Shown piece by piece: positions 12,605 to 23,332 of a stretch of 64,000 nucleotides of DNA; position 1 is the first letter of the stretch, and every line of letters starts with the position of its first letter. Source of the stretch: Azolla caroliniana (Eukaryota > Plantae > Polypodiophyta); contig JBHGNT010000008.1 of NCBI GenBank assembly GCA_043228905.1, forward strand, positions 13,578,001 to 13,642,000. Direction: 5' to 3'. The notes under the pieces are model-generated. The model was not told the DNA's origin. It saw only the letters and a list, made by a program, of their open reading frames with translations, and did not search any database. A program made the position numbers and the translations under genes.

Positions 12605-13625
12605 CCTCCTCGAGACGCAATGAGTTGCAAAAACTGATCGAGCATGCCGATAATGACTTTACCATTCGACAAAGGGGAGAGAAAAGAAGAGAGGAATCGG
12701 CTGAGGAGAACATTTAGATGAAGAAGAGGCTGCTAAACAAAAAGAATGGCCGAGGATTGGCCAAGGATGCTGGTACAACGAAAACAATGGTGGAAGACAA
12801 CCGATAGTTGGTCGTTGTCTCTAAAAAGCTAGTAGTCATGGTGCCGCAGAAAATGGTGACAGTTATAATGGGCACGACCATGATGCTAACAGGGAAATTA
12901 CAAGAAGGTCATGCCTCCTAGGTATCAGAGGAGATAGTCCTAGGTTATCTAGACATTCCACCACCAATGCATGAAATGGTTGCCATTCTGCAATTTGGCA
13001 CTTAATATGAGTTCATGGACTATCTATCCCGACAACAAATAGTAGCAACAACCAAATTGGTAGAGGAGCATCAGGACCAACTAATGATACAAAGAGCCTT
13101 AGCCGGCAACATCGAAATAGAAGAGGAGGTTGTGCTGCATAGACTTGGCACAAAAAAGCAAGGGAGAATGGACCACATGGCAATCGAATTTCCAATATTA
13201 AATTTGGCATTGGTGGAGGTCCACCAAGAATTGGCCAACACACGGAGAATGGCCAAGGATATGGACTATAACAGCAAAAAGACAAGAAAAGGGGCCGAAC
13301 TATCGTTAAAACAATGGCGGTAAGTTGCGGCCAAAGTACAAACTCTAGAGCAACCATTACAAAAGGATGAGGAGAAAAAGCAAGAGACCCCTAAAAAGGT
13401 ATACATGCAGAAGCGTTATGCGAGACATTGAGTATATAGTCGGTTATCCGGAAACACAATAGTTAGGTATGCGCAAAGATGAGAGAGGGAGAGACAGAGT
13501 GAGTAGATAATAAATCATTCTATTACAAAAAGATTATTTGTATATAGAATGCGCTTAAAGAGCACTTTTTATACAAGCCCTAATAGAGGGCTAACAAGTA
13601 CTGACAAGTCCTTGAATGCTCATGG

Positions 13626-13920
13626 AAGAGCTTCTGCCAAGGGTTCAAATCCCCGAGTTTCAAGGGGGTCGTGGATATTTTGTTGCTACAAGAGCACCAT
13701 CTAAGTGCAAACAGGATCTTGAATATCAACAATCCTCTTTACGGGGATTTGTATACGTTCTAGTCCCCACCTCAAAGTGAGCACGGTAGGAAAGGGGGTG
13801 TTTGTACAGCTATAAGGAATTCTTTAGATGTCATGGTGGGACAGGACACCATAGTGGAGGGACATGCCATCTATGTGACTATCAGACGATACCAATGCAT
13901 AATCAGTATAATAAATGTGT
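13626..13920 (+). mobile_element. L1-type LINE ORF2 endonuclease fragment, 5' part (interrupted by a copia element)
   Basis: Removing 13921-26218 joins ATAATAAATGTGT to ATGCGCCCAAT and restores the endonuclease motif IINVYAPN. Confidence 0.7.
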
Positions 13921-16900
13921 TGACAGAAATGCACGCTCCCTTCCGCCATACTCGTCCACAACCGAGTCTAAAATCGAAACACAGAAAAAACGGATAATGA
14001 ATGCACAACACAAAGGAGAGAAAAGAGTACACAAGATGTTTACGTGGAAAACCCAAACTAGGAAAAACCACAGCAACCCACAGACTGCGAACTATCACTA
14101 TATCACAAAGATTACAACAGTGAGCTCACGGAGGCAATGACCTCATGCTCACGATCTTCGCTATAGGCGGCGGTTACAACAGAGGCAACGACCTCTTCGT
14201 TTCTTTCTCTCTCTCTCTCTCTGTGCATTGTTGCGCTCTAATCTTGCGCCAACAAGAATGACAACACCCACACACATAAACAACAGTTTGCCCTAAGTCA
14301 TATTTATACTAAAATGACTTTTTCGCTATTTACAAATATAGCCCCGATGGACTCTCAGAAACATATTTACGAATATGTCCCTTCATCCGGTGATCACTCT
14401 TCACCGGGCCTGCATCATCAGGCACTTGCCGGACACTCATCATCCGGTTCTCACCGGGTACTCCTCATCCGGAGGGACCTGTTTCCTAACAAACTCCCCC
14501 TTCACTCCGGCATGGGGTGTCTTACTAGTCTGACCCGCTTCCGACATGCATCCAGCTTGTCAGGTGTCAGTACTTTGGTCAGCATATCTAAACCGTTCTC
14601 GGCCGTAGGGATCTTCGTCAGCGCGAACTCCTGGTCATCTACTCTTTCCCGGATCTAGTGATAACTACGCTGGATATGTTTCGTCCGGGAATGGTAGGCC
14701 GCATTCTTAGCAAGGTGGATGGCACTTTGACTATTACAATAGAGCAGGTATTCATCTTGCAGGATACCGAGCTCTTCGATGAAGTCCTTCATCCATAATA
14801 TTTCCTTGTCGGCTTCCACAACCGCCATGTACTCCGCCTCCGTGGTTGACAACACAACCGTCTTCTGCAGCCTTGACTGCCATGAAACAGCTCCCCCTGC
14901 ATATGTCATTACATACCCAGATATAGACCGGCTGGTATCCACATCAGCCGACATGTCCGAATTGGTAAAACCGTCAAGTTGAGGTTTACCGGAGCCGAAT
15001 CGGAGACACATATTTGAAGTGCCCTTCAGATACCAGAGTATCCATTTGATCGCGTTCTAGTGCTCCTTGCCAGGATTGCTCATAAACCGGCTCACCACTC
15101 CGACTGCGTATCCTATATCCGGTCGGGTACACACCATTGCGTACATTAAGCTCCCGACGGTAGAGGCATATGGAACTTTCATCATATCAACCTTCTCTGC
15201 TTTCGTCATCGGGCTTTGCTTACTGGATAACCTGCAGTTTGCCGGAAGTGTCGATCCGACTAGTTTCGTATCTGACATGTTGAACCGCTAAAGCACCTTT
15301 GTCACGTATTTCTCCTGTGACAGCCATAGTTGCTTCGTTGGCCGGTTCCAGATGATATGCATCCCCAACATCTGTCTTGCCGGACCCAAGTCTTTCATTG
15401 AGAAGGTCCGGTTGAGGGCCTTCTTCAGCATCCGAATTTTGGCTTGGTCCCATCCGACGATCAACATGTCGTCCACGTATAGAAGGAGTATCAGGAAGTC
15501 GCCTCCTTAAAACTTCTTCACAAACACACAGTGATCGGCCTGCATCTTGTGGTACCCTTGATCGGTCATGAAGCAGTCGAACTTCTGGTACCATTGCCGG
15601 GGGGCCTGCTTCAACCCGTATAGGCTCTTCTTCAAGCGGCAAACCAGGTGCTCCTTCCCTTTCTCCACGAATCCTTCCGGTTGCTGCATGTTCATCTCCT
15701 CTTCGAGGTCACCGTGAAGGAATGTCGTCTTCATGTCCAGTTGCTCTACCTCGAGGTCCATGTTTGCCGCTATACTCAGCACCGTCCGGATGGAGGTCAT
15801 CTTTACTACCGGGGCAAATATCTCGTCGAAGTCCACGCCCTTCTTCTACTGGAACCCCTTCACCACGATCCTGGCTTTGTATCTCAGGGGGTTGCCGGCA
15901 TATCCCGGTTTCAACTTGTACACCCACTTATTTCGGAGTGCCCGCTTTCCTTTCGGCAACTCCACCAATTCGTATGTATGGTTCTCATGCAGGGAATCCA
16001 TCTCATCCTGCATGGCACTTAACCATTTTCGGTTGTGGGTGTCATCCTTCGCTTCTTCGAAGCTTTTTGGCTCCCCCTCATCGGTTAGCAGCACATGCTC
16101 TGCATCCGGAAATCTCCGAGGGGCCCTTCTCTCTCTAAAAGGATATCTCTATCTCTGGGCTTCGGTAACCGGCTCCTCCATTTGCTCTTCATCCGAATTC
16201 GATTCGGGGTCTTGGCCGGTTCTGGTTTCAGCTTCCTCTACTTCTTCTTCTGCCTGTTCGGTATCCTCACCGTAACCGGCTGGTTCCTCGAGTGCTAACC
16301 AGTCTCTTGTTGGTTGGGTCTGCTCATCGTAGAATCGATCCTTACCGGTCGACTCCGAGTTCATTATCTTCTTCTCCGACTCCCAATCGGCGAGCGTCTT
16401 GTCCTCCATGAAGATAATATCTCGACTCCGGAATACCTTCTTGTCGACCAGGTCCCACACTCGGTAGCCAGACTCATCGTCGCCGTAACCGAGGAATATG
16501 CATGGCCAGGTCTTTGGATCTAACTTTCCTCTCCAGTCCTTAGCAATATGCACGTACACGAGACACCCGAACACCTTCAGATGCCGGTAGGACACTTCCT
16601 TACCGGTCCATACTCTCTGCAGCGTGTCTCCGTCCAAGGGTATTGAGGGTGATCTGTTTATCACATATGTCGCCGTCGACAGTGCCTCAGCCCAAAACTT
16701 CTTGGGTAGTTTTGCATGCACCAGCATACTCCGGACCCTCTCCATTATGGTTTGGTTCATCCTCTCGGCCAGCCCGTTTAGTTCCGGCATCTTTGGCATG
16801 GTAAATTTGAGCCGAATTCCCTTCGAGCGACAGTACTCCTCGAACTGCCCCCGGTATTCACCTCCGTTATCTGCTCGAACCGCCTTCAGCTTCCGGCCAG

Positions 16901-17764
16901 TTTCTCTTTCCACTCTCGCATAACACTTGATCCTTCGTCTTCAACGGTGTGGCCCACAGCTTCCGACTATGGTCATCTATGAACTTCATGAAGTACTGCG
17001 ATCCTGCATGTGACTTGGTGTCCACTTCACACACATCAGTATGCACCAACTCCAATGGTGCATTACGTTGTCGAGGTATTCCTCGCGGATGCGTGGAATG
17101 AGGCGGGACCTCGGGGGTCCTGTACCGAAGAGCAAGAGAGAAAAGAAAAGAGACCCACTACGTGCGAGGGTAGATTCACAGGGACACGGCCCTTCGACAC
17201 AAAGACGCGAGTGGGACAGCGACACAGAGAGACACGAATGTATGTATGTATTAACAAAGACAGACAACAAAACACGAAGTCGGTTACAACCGAACAGGCC
17301 GGCGAACAGATGTCGATACCTGTTCGTAAACGCATAGAAAGGAAGGAGTAGGTTGGAGGTGCTGCCGGAAGCACTCGGGCATTCCTCAGAGCAGCGCGAG
17401 CCTCCCGAAACCTGCACAGAAGGAAGCTATGGAGTCTGCGAACCAGAGAGAGAGAGAGAAGCCTTCGCACCCAATCCGACAGCACTCCGTCCTCGACTCT
17501 CCGCGATCCCTTTTCCCTCCTCGTCTCCCTCCTTTTATAGGCAAGGAAGGAGCCGTTTCCCCTTTATTTCCTACCTACCGAATCTGCCTGCCTAGGATCT
17601 CCTATGTACAACATAAGGCGCACGTGCATGAAGAGCCGGTTCCTACGCTCCGGTGCACCGATTCTGCTTGTGGACGGTTTTCTTCACAACATCCGCCCCC
17701 ACCTAACCGCGCATCCACCGGCATGCGCCAAATTGAGTTGGGACGGGGAAAACCGGTCCAGCCT

Positions 17765-20653
17765 TTATTCCCCGCCCGTCGGTTCTTCTTCGGTTTCGGA
17801 TCGTTTGTCGTCCCGGTCCAGGTTATCTGGATCCGGCTCGTCGTCGTGATGCTTCTTGAACGCTTTGATCCGCTTCCTATCTACCGGTATCGCCATTCTC
17901 GTGCCGTCGAGTTCCGCCAGATGGTACGTCCCGTTGTCGTTGGCGCTTTGTACCACGTAAGGCCCGAACCACCTTCTTGCGAACTTCCGTGTCGCTCGGT
18001 GCTGGTTGTCGAGGCTGCTGTCGTAGACTAGCACCCAGCCGCCTTCCTCGATCTTCTTCGGTCGGAGCCGGTGTGTCCGGTCGAACTGGGCTTTGTTCCT
18101 CGTCCTGGCCACCCGAAGCCTTTCCGCAGCCTGCTCCACGTCCTCCGGTCTTCGCTCGAGCTGTCGTATGCGCGCCGTCAACAGTTCCTCCCAGCTCATC
18201 TCGTCTCTCCAGTCCATGGTTGCCCATGAGGAGATCGTACTTTCCATCGGCATGATCGGCTTTTGCCCAAACATGAGCTTTGCCGGCATGAATCCGGTTA
18301 CCGAACTGTGCGTAGTTCGGTCCGCCCACAACGCGTAAGGCAGCAGCCGCGGCCAGTTCCCGACTTGACCTCCGCATGCCCGAACTAACGCCTTGACGAT
18401 CGGTCCGTGACCGCGCTCCACCTTCCCATTCGCCTCCGGATTATACGCAGTGGTAAGCGAGAGCTTGACTCCTAGCCGATCGAACAACTCGGCCTCTTCG
18501 GCATCCAACTCCCTGCGATCAGCCACGATCTTCCCGACGCACCCGTACCGGCATATCATGTCCTCGATCAGGAACCAACATACAGCCGCGGTCGTTTTGT
18601 TCTGAAGGGCTCGGCCTTCCACCTGGTTTGTCAGATCTTCCTGAGCCAGGACCAGATACCGCATCTGCCCTACGCCCATCGGCATCGTCACCAGATCTAC
18701 CATCCATTTGAAGTGGATGGTCGGAGGGTACGTAGGGTGAAGCTCGTCCCGATGCCGGACTATGGAGTGCATCTGACAGCTCTCGCAAGTTGTCACGAAC
18801 CGATGCACGTCCCGGTACAGTCCCGACCACCAGTACTTCCCCTTTATCTTCTCGAACGTGGCCCACGTTCCACGGTGTCCAGCCCAAGGGCTGTCGTGGT
18901 AGGCTGTCAGCAGCTCCTCCTGTTCTTCCTTCATCGCCACCACCCGGAGCGGGACGCCGTTCCTCTTCTTCGGGTGCTTCCATAAGTATCCGTCTCGGAG
19001 AAAGAATCGGTAAGCTTTCTTCCGGATCTGGTTGACCTCGTCCTTCGTCCACGACACATCCGTCGTCATTGTCCTCAAAAATCCACCGATCTGGAGCCAC
19101 TCGCCGTCGTACCTGCTCTCGTCGAAGTCGTTAAGTGCCGGAGTGCTCGTCCCATCGGTCGTTACGTACGCCGCCTCGAAGAAGTCTACGCCGACTTCTT
19201 CGTCATCCGAAACCATGCCGCCCTCGTCATCAAACCTCCCCCTCGAAAGCATGTCGACCATGGCGTTGTCCTTTCCGGAAATGTGCCGTATTTCGGGGTC
19301 CAGGGACTTGATGTACGCTATCCACCTGAGCATCGCCAGGTCCGGTGTCGCGCATCCGGAAACCATGCCGAGAATCGGCAGGCAATCCGTCTCGATAACC
19401 ACTTCTGTCCCGATCAGGTAGTCTTTGTCGGCCTTTACTGCCGAAACGATACCCCAGAGTTCGCGCTTAACCTGGGCGTACCCTTGTTGTCGTTCACTGA
19501 GGACCTTCACGCCGAATCGGATCGGGAACCGAATGCCGTCCCCGTCTTCTTGGTTGACGACCCATCCGATCCCGGTCGGACTCGTATCCACCGTTATGTA
19601 TACCGGGGTACCCTTCTCGTAGACAGCCTTCCGGAGCGCCGGTGCTGCCGCAAGAGCTTCCTTCAGCTTCCGGACCGACTCCGTGTGCTCGTCTCGGCAC
19701 TCGAATTTTCGCCCTTTCTTCAGCAACCCGTATAGCGGCTCCGCAACGTGGGCGTAATGCGGGATCCATATGTGGTAGAATGCGCATGCCCCCAGGAACC
19801 TCTGAACTTCCGTAATCGAGCTACAGTCGGTCTTCATCGCGGAAATGGCTTCTACCTTTGCCGGAGACGGCTTCCGGCCATATGGTCCACATAGGTGTCC
19901 GACCACCAAGATTTCCGATTGCCCGAAGGCCGATTTCTCCCCGGAGAAGGTGAGCCTCGCATCCTCTAGCCTTTGTAGCACCTTCTCGCAGTCGCCGATG
20001 TGTGTTGCCACGAATCGCCGGCATCCGTCCGGCCCGACTGTCTCGTCCTTCTCTTCCACCGGGCACCCTTTGATAGGGATGTCGTCTAGAAACGGCATGG
20101 TGATGTCTGGGATGCAATCCCTCAGTACCTTGTTCATTGCATTCACCATGTGGGCCACTGAGTTGGTCCCTCCTTGTGGCAGGGTACACATTCGCACTAG
20201 GCCGAGGGGAGTTCGCATCGTCGTAATGTCTCTGCTCTCCACGGCTAGCTGGAACTGGTCGTAACCCGAGTATAGATCACCGACCGAGTAAATCGACCTT
20301 CCGGCGAAGGCCTCCGCGAACTCTTCTATGGTCGGTTCGATTCCTGCGTTCCGAATGGTCACTCTGTTGACCGGCTGCAGGTCCTGAATGAAGCGCAATG
20401 TTCCGTTTTTCTTTGGTACGGTAAACCATCGGTTCGAGTATGGCGCGCTCGACGGTTCGAGAATACCCATATCGACTTTCTGCCTCAGTAGCTCCATCAA
20501 CTCCAGGATGTGAGCTCTTGGTACCGGAATCGGCTTGAGATTCCACGGCACATGCGGTACCGTAAATATCACCATTGGCTCCACGATTGTCGAGTCTACG
20601 CACCCAATCTCTTCCGGCGAGAATGCGAAGGCTTTCCCATGCCTTCCGAGCAT
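17765..20653 (-). CDS. Gypsy pol (RT, RNase H, integrase); true N-terminus probably upstream and disrupted
   Basis: 962-aa ORF with LPQGGTNS, PFLDDIPIKG, TVDTS, HDSPWAGH..CESC, YNPEANGKVER and WFGPY. Confidence 0.93.
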   Translation of the reverse strand: MLGRHGKAFAFSPEEIGCVDSTIVEPMVIFTVPHVPWNLKPIPVPRAHILELMELLRQKVDMGILEPSSAPYSNRWFTVPKKNGTLRFIQDLQPVNRVTIRNAGIEPTIEEFAEAFAGRSIYSVGDLYSGYDQFQLAVESRDITTMRTPLGLVRMCTLPQGGTNSVAHMVNAMNKVLRDCIPDITMPFLDDIPIKGCPVEEKDETVGPDGCRRFVATHIGDCEKVLQRLEDARLTFSGEKSAFGQSEILVVGHLCGPYGRKPSPAKVEAISAMKTDCSSITEVQRFLGACAFYHIWIPHYAHVAEPLYGLLKKGRKFECRDEHTESVRKLKEALAAAPALRKAVYEKGTPVYITVDTSPTGIGWVVNQEDGDGIRFPIRFGVKVLSERQQGYAQVKRELWGIVSAVKADKDYLIGTEVVIETDCLPILGMVSGCATPDLAMLRWIAYIKSLDPEIRHISGKDNAMVDMLSRGRFDDEGGMVSDDEEVGVDFFEAAYVTTDGTSTPALNDFDESRYDGEWLQIGGFLRTMTTDVSWTKDEVNQIRKKAYRFFLRDGYLWKHPKKRNGVPLRVVAMKEEQEELLTAYHDSPWAGHRGTWATFEKIKGKYWWSGLYRDVHRFVTTCESCQMHSIVRHRDELHPTYPPTIHFKWMVDLVTMPMGVGQMRYLVLAQEDLTNQVEGRALQNKTTAAVCWFLIEDMICRYGCVGKIVADRRELDAEEAELFDRLGVKLSLTTAYNPEANGKVERGHGPIVKALVRACGGQVGNWPRLLPYALWADRTTHSSVTGFMPAKLMFGQKPIMPMESTISSWATMDWRDEMSWEELLTARIRQLERRPEDVEQAAERLRVARTRNKAQFDRTHRLRPKKIEEGGWVLVYDSSLDNQHRATRKFARRWFGPYVVQSANDNGTYHLAELDGTRMAIPVDRKRIKAFKKHHDDEPDPDNLDRDDKRSETEEEPTGGE

Positions 20654-21205
20654 TCTCTGAAACCGGTCTTCCTCCGCCGGTAGTAGGAACCCGCCCCCAC
20701 CGATCTTGAGCTCCCGGAGCGTCCCGTCGGTCCGGATCTCATAAACTGGGGTCCGACGCCACCCCTCTGATTCGGGACTCGCTGCCCTCCGACAAGGGTG
20801 CCGCGACTGGCCTTACCTTCCGGTCCACAGTCTTGTACTTCGTGCTAACTCGGGCCGTCCGATCCGACCCGAGCCCCCGACTGAAGTTCGCGATGACTTC
20901 GTACATCTCTTCGGAACATACCGGTATTGTCCGGTCTTCGTTAAGGTCTTCTCCGGCAACCTTCCTCAGCATCCCCAAGGTGTCGTCGAAGGAGACCGCC
21001 TCCACGGCCCCGCTGATTTCCTCGTCCGGACCGAGAACTCCGCACACTCGAAGTCGCACTTCCGCCCTTGTCTTTTCTCGGCCAACGATGCCGACTATCA
21101 TACACCCTCCGTTGTCGGAAAAGCAAAATCTCCTACCTATCGTACAGTCGTGGGGTCTTTCCCGAGTGTCCGGACTGTCTCGGCCCCACGCCTTGGCAGC
21201 CCTCT

Positions 21206-23332
21206 CTAAAAATCCTCCCGGTTCTCGCCACCGAGGGATTCGCGGTTTCGCTCGTGGTTCGGTCGCACCGTCAGAAATTGGACCGAATGGCGCCCGTCCT
21301 GGCTTTTGACCCTCGCATAGGCCGAATCGTTGTCTAGCACCTTGGTCTCCATTCTCGCCGCCGTGATGTATGGTTCCCCTAATATGACCGGGTGCGAGGA
21401 CGTCTCCTGTACAAAGAAGTGCTGGTCAATCTCGACGTCGCCGATCTTGACTCGCACGTTCGGGCAGGCCCCGTGCAGTTCCTCGGTGGCGCGCGTCGCC
21501 GCCCGTATCTTCCACCCGTGCTTGGTGTTGATCGGCCACTTCCCCTTCTTATAGAAGTCCATGGACATCAGGTTTATTTCCGAACCGTGGTCCACCAGTG
21601 CCACCACCGGTTCCTGAACCTCTCCGATCTTTACTGGGGTCTCCGTGGTCGCTCGGGCCCAGTGCGGCCTCAAATAGTGGCTCTCTGCCCACTCGTCTTC
21701 CATCGCCATGTCGTCGATGTGCGTCGTCTGCACCTCCACCGGTCTTTCCGGTTCCGTCTCCGTCGACAGCCTCTTCCGTTTCACCAGGTCCACAATGGAG
21801 TCGTGGAATTCCTTCTTGGCGATCCCTAGCACCTCTCGCAATGACAGCTCCACTTTGATGTCGAGGATCCGTTCCTCTAGGACCTTCCGTAGGTCCGTAG
21901 TCCTTTCTATTTCCGTCCCCAGTCGGTATCCGCCCTTCCTGGGGTTATATTGCGAGCTGGACCCGCCAGCATCGTTCCGTCGTTGCCCGAATCGGGTCTC
22001 ATACCGTTGTGAAGGCCCGGCCGCTCCGGCTTTCCCCACTCGTTTGTCTTCTACCAGAGCCTCGTAGTTCTGGCAGGCGGCTTCTACGAAGCCCGTCTTC
22101 TCCTCGATCGGATCGCTCCACCCGGTTATTTCCCGGACCCGTCTCTCAGCACGGTCCGTTTCATCTTTCTTCAGTCGTGCGCCGGCAAGACCTTCCAGCA
22201 TTGCCGACCAGAATCCGTCTTTGCCCTCCTTTCGGGCCTCGCTGCCCCCGACCCGAATGCCGGCCGATGCCGAGTAGTGGGTGGCCTCCACGTGTCGGGC
22301 CGCTGCCTCTTCCATCAGTCTCTTCATACCTCCTCGCCCGTCGTTTCGGTTTAGGGCCCTTCTGGTATCGCCGGCATGCACCCGGCCTTCCCACAGGTAC
22401 ACCACCCGGTTCCTCAACGCCTCCGCGAAATCGCCGCAGTCCTTCCGAATATGGCCGACCTCGTCGCACCACATGCACCTGTTCCCCGCTGCCGGCCGTC
22501 GGTCACGAGCCAGTTCGCCGCCTTCCCTTCGAGTCTGGGCGATCTGGAGATCCTTTATCGCCCGCGTCAACTCCTCCAGCGCTGCTCCTCCGGACGAGCC
22601 ATTGACCATGCCAGTCGAAGCCGGACCGGTTTCGAGCCATTCCCGGGTTTCTTCCCTTCGCACTTGCGGTGCCGGTTCAAGCCTCCTTGCTGTAACAGAG
22701 CCCGCACCGGCCGCCCCGTTGTTAGCCCATTCTCGCCGTTTGTCGAAACGGCCACAGACTCTCTTAACCGCAGCCCAGTCGGTTGTCAGCCCGTCTTCGG
22801 TTTCTAGCAAGGAGCCGACTTGATCCCGGTCCCGCTCGTCCACCGACTTGATGAACAGTAGGACCCGGCTCGTATCCAGAACGGTTCGGTCAAGCGCCGA
22901 AAGGCGCGCAAAGCGTTCTTCGAACTCCCGGAGGAGTGCCGACGCGTTTCTTCCCTTGCCAGGGGACTCCACCCATTCCATGAAGTCTCGTTTCCAAAGC
23001 CGGAGCCCGTCGTCCAGCCCGTATTTTTCCAGGAGTCGGCCTTCGAACTCCTCCCAGGTACGGCTCTCCGCCCGCACCTCGAGCACCTCCGCATGGATGC
23101 TCGGCATCGCCACTCGAGGAAACCCGGCAAGACGCCTCTCTTCCGGAATGTCCCGCATCAGCATTTCTGCCCCGTAGGACGCCAAATACTTTGTGGCATC
23201 CTTTCCGCTAAACCGGCCGATCGTACCAACGACCGCCTCAATGGCTCTGTCGAGGGCGCCGGAGCCCTCGCGTGCGCTCAATATCCGATCCACGGCTGAA
23301 GCCATGGCCTCCGCAAGATCCAACCCTTTCAT
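21206..23332 (-). CDS. Gypsy gag-protease
   Basis: Open frame from the first ATG after the PBS; zinc knuckle CMWCDEVGHIRKDC; aspartic protease ALVDHGSEINLM and VILGEPY. Confidence 0.9.
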   Translation of the reverse strand: MKGLDLAEAMASAVDRILSAREGSGALDRAIEAVVGTIGRFSGKDATKYLASYGAEMLMRDIPEERRLAGFPRVAMPSIHAEVLEVRAESRTWEEFEGRLLEKYGLDDGLRLWKRDFMEWVESPGKGRNASALLREFEERFARLSALDRTVLDTSRVLLFIKSVDERDRDQVGSLLETEDGLTTDWAAVKRVCGRFDKRREWANNGAAGAGSVTARRLEPAPQVRREETREWLETGPASTGMVNGSSGGAALEELTRAIKDLQIAQTRREGGELARDRRPAAGNRCMWCDEVGHIRKDCGDFAEALRNRVVYLWEGRVHAGDTRRALNRNDGRGGMKRLMEEAAARHVEATHYSASAGIRVGGSEARKEGKDGFWSAMLEGLAGARLKKDETDRAERRVREITGWSDPIEEKTGFVEAACQNYEALVEDKRVGKAGAAGPSQRYETRFGQRRNDAGGSSSQYNPRKGGYRLGTEIERTTDLRKVLEERILDIKVELSLREVLGIAKKEFHDSIVDLVKRKRLSTETEPERPVEVQTTHIDDMAMEDEWAESHYLRPHWARATTETPVKIGEVQEPVVALVDHGSEINLMSMDFYKKGKWPINTKHGWKIRAATRATEELHGACPNVRVKIGDVEIDQHFFVQETSSHPVILGEPYITAARMETKVLDNDSAYARVKSQDGRHSVQFLTVRPNHERNRESLGGENREDF

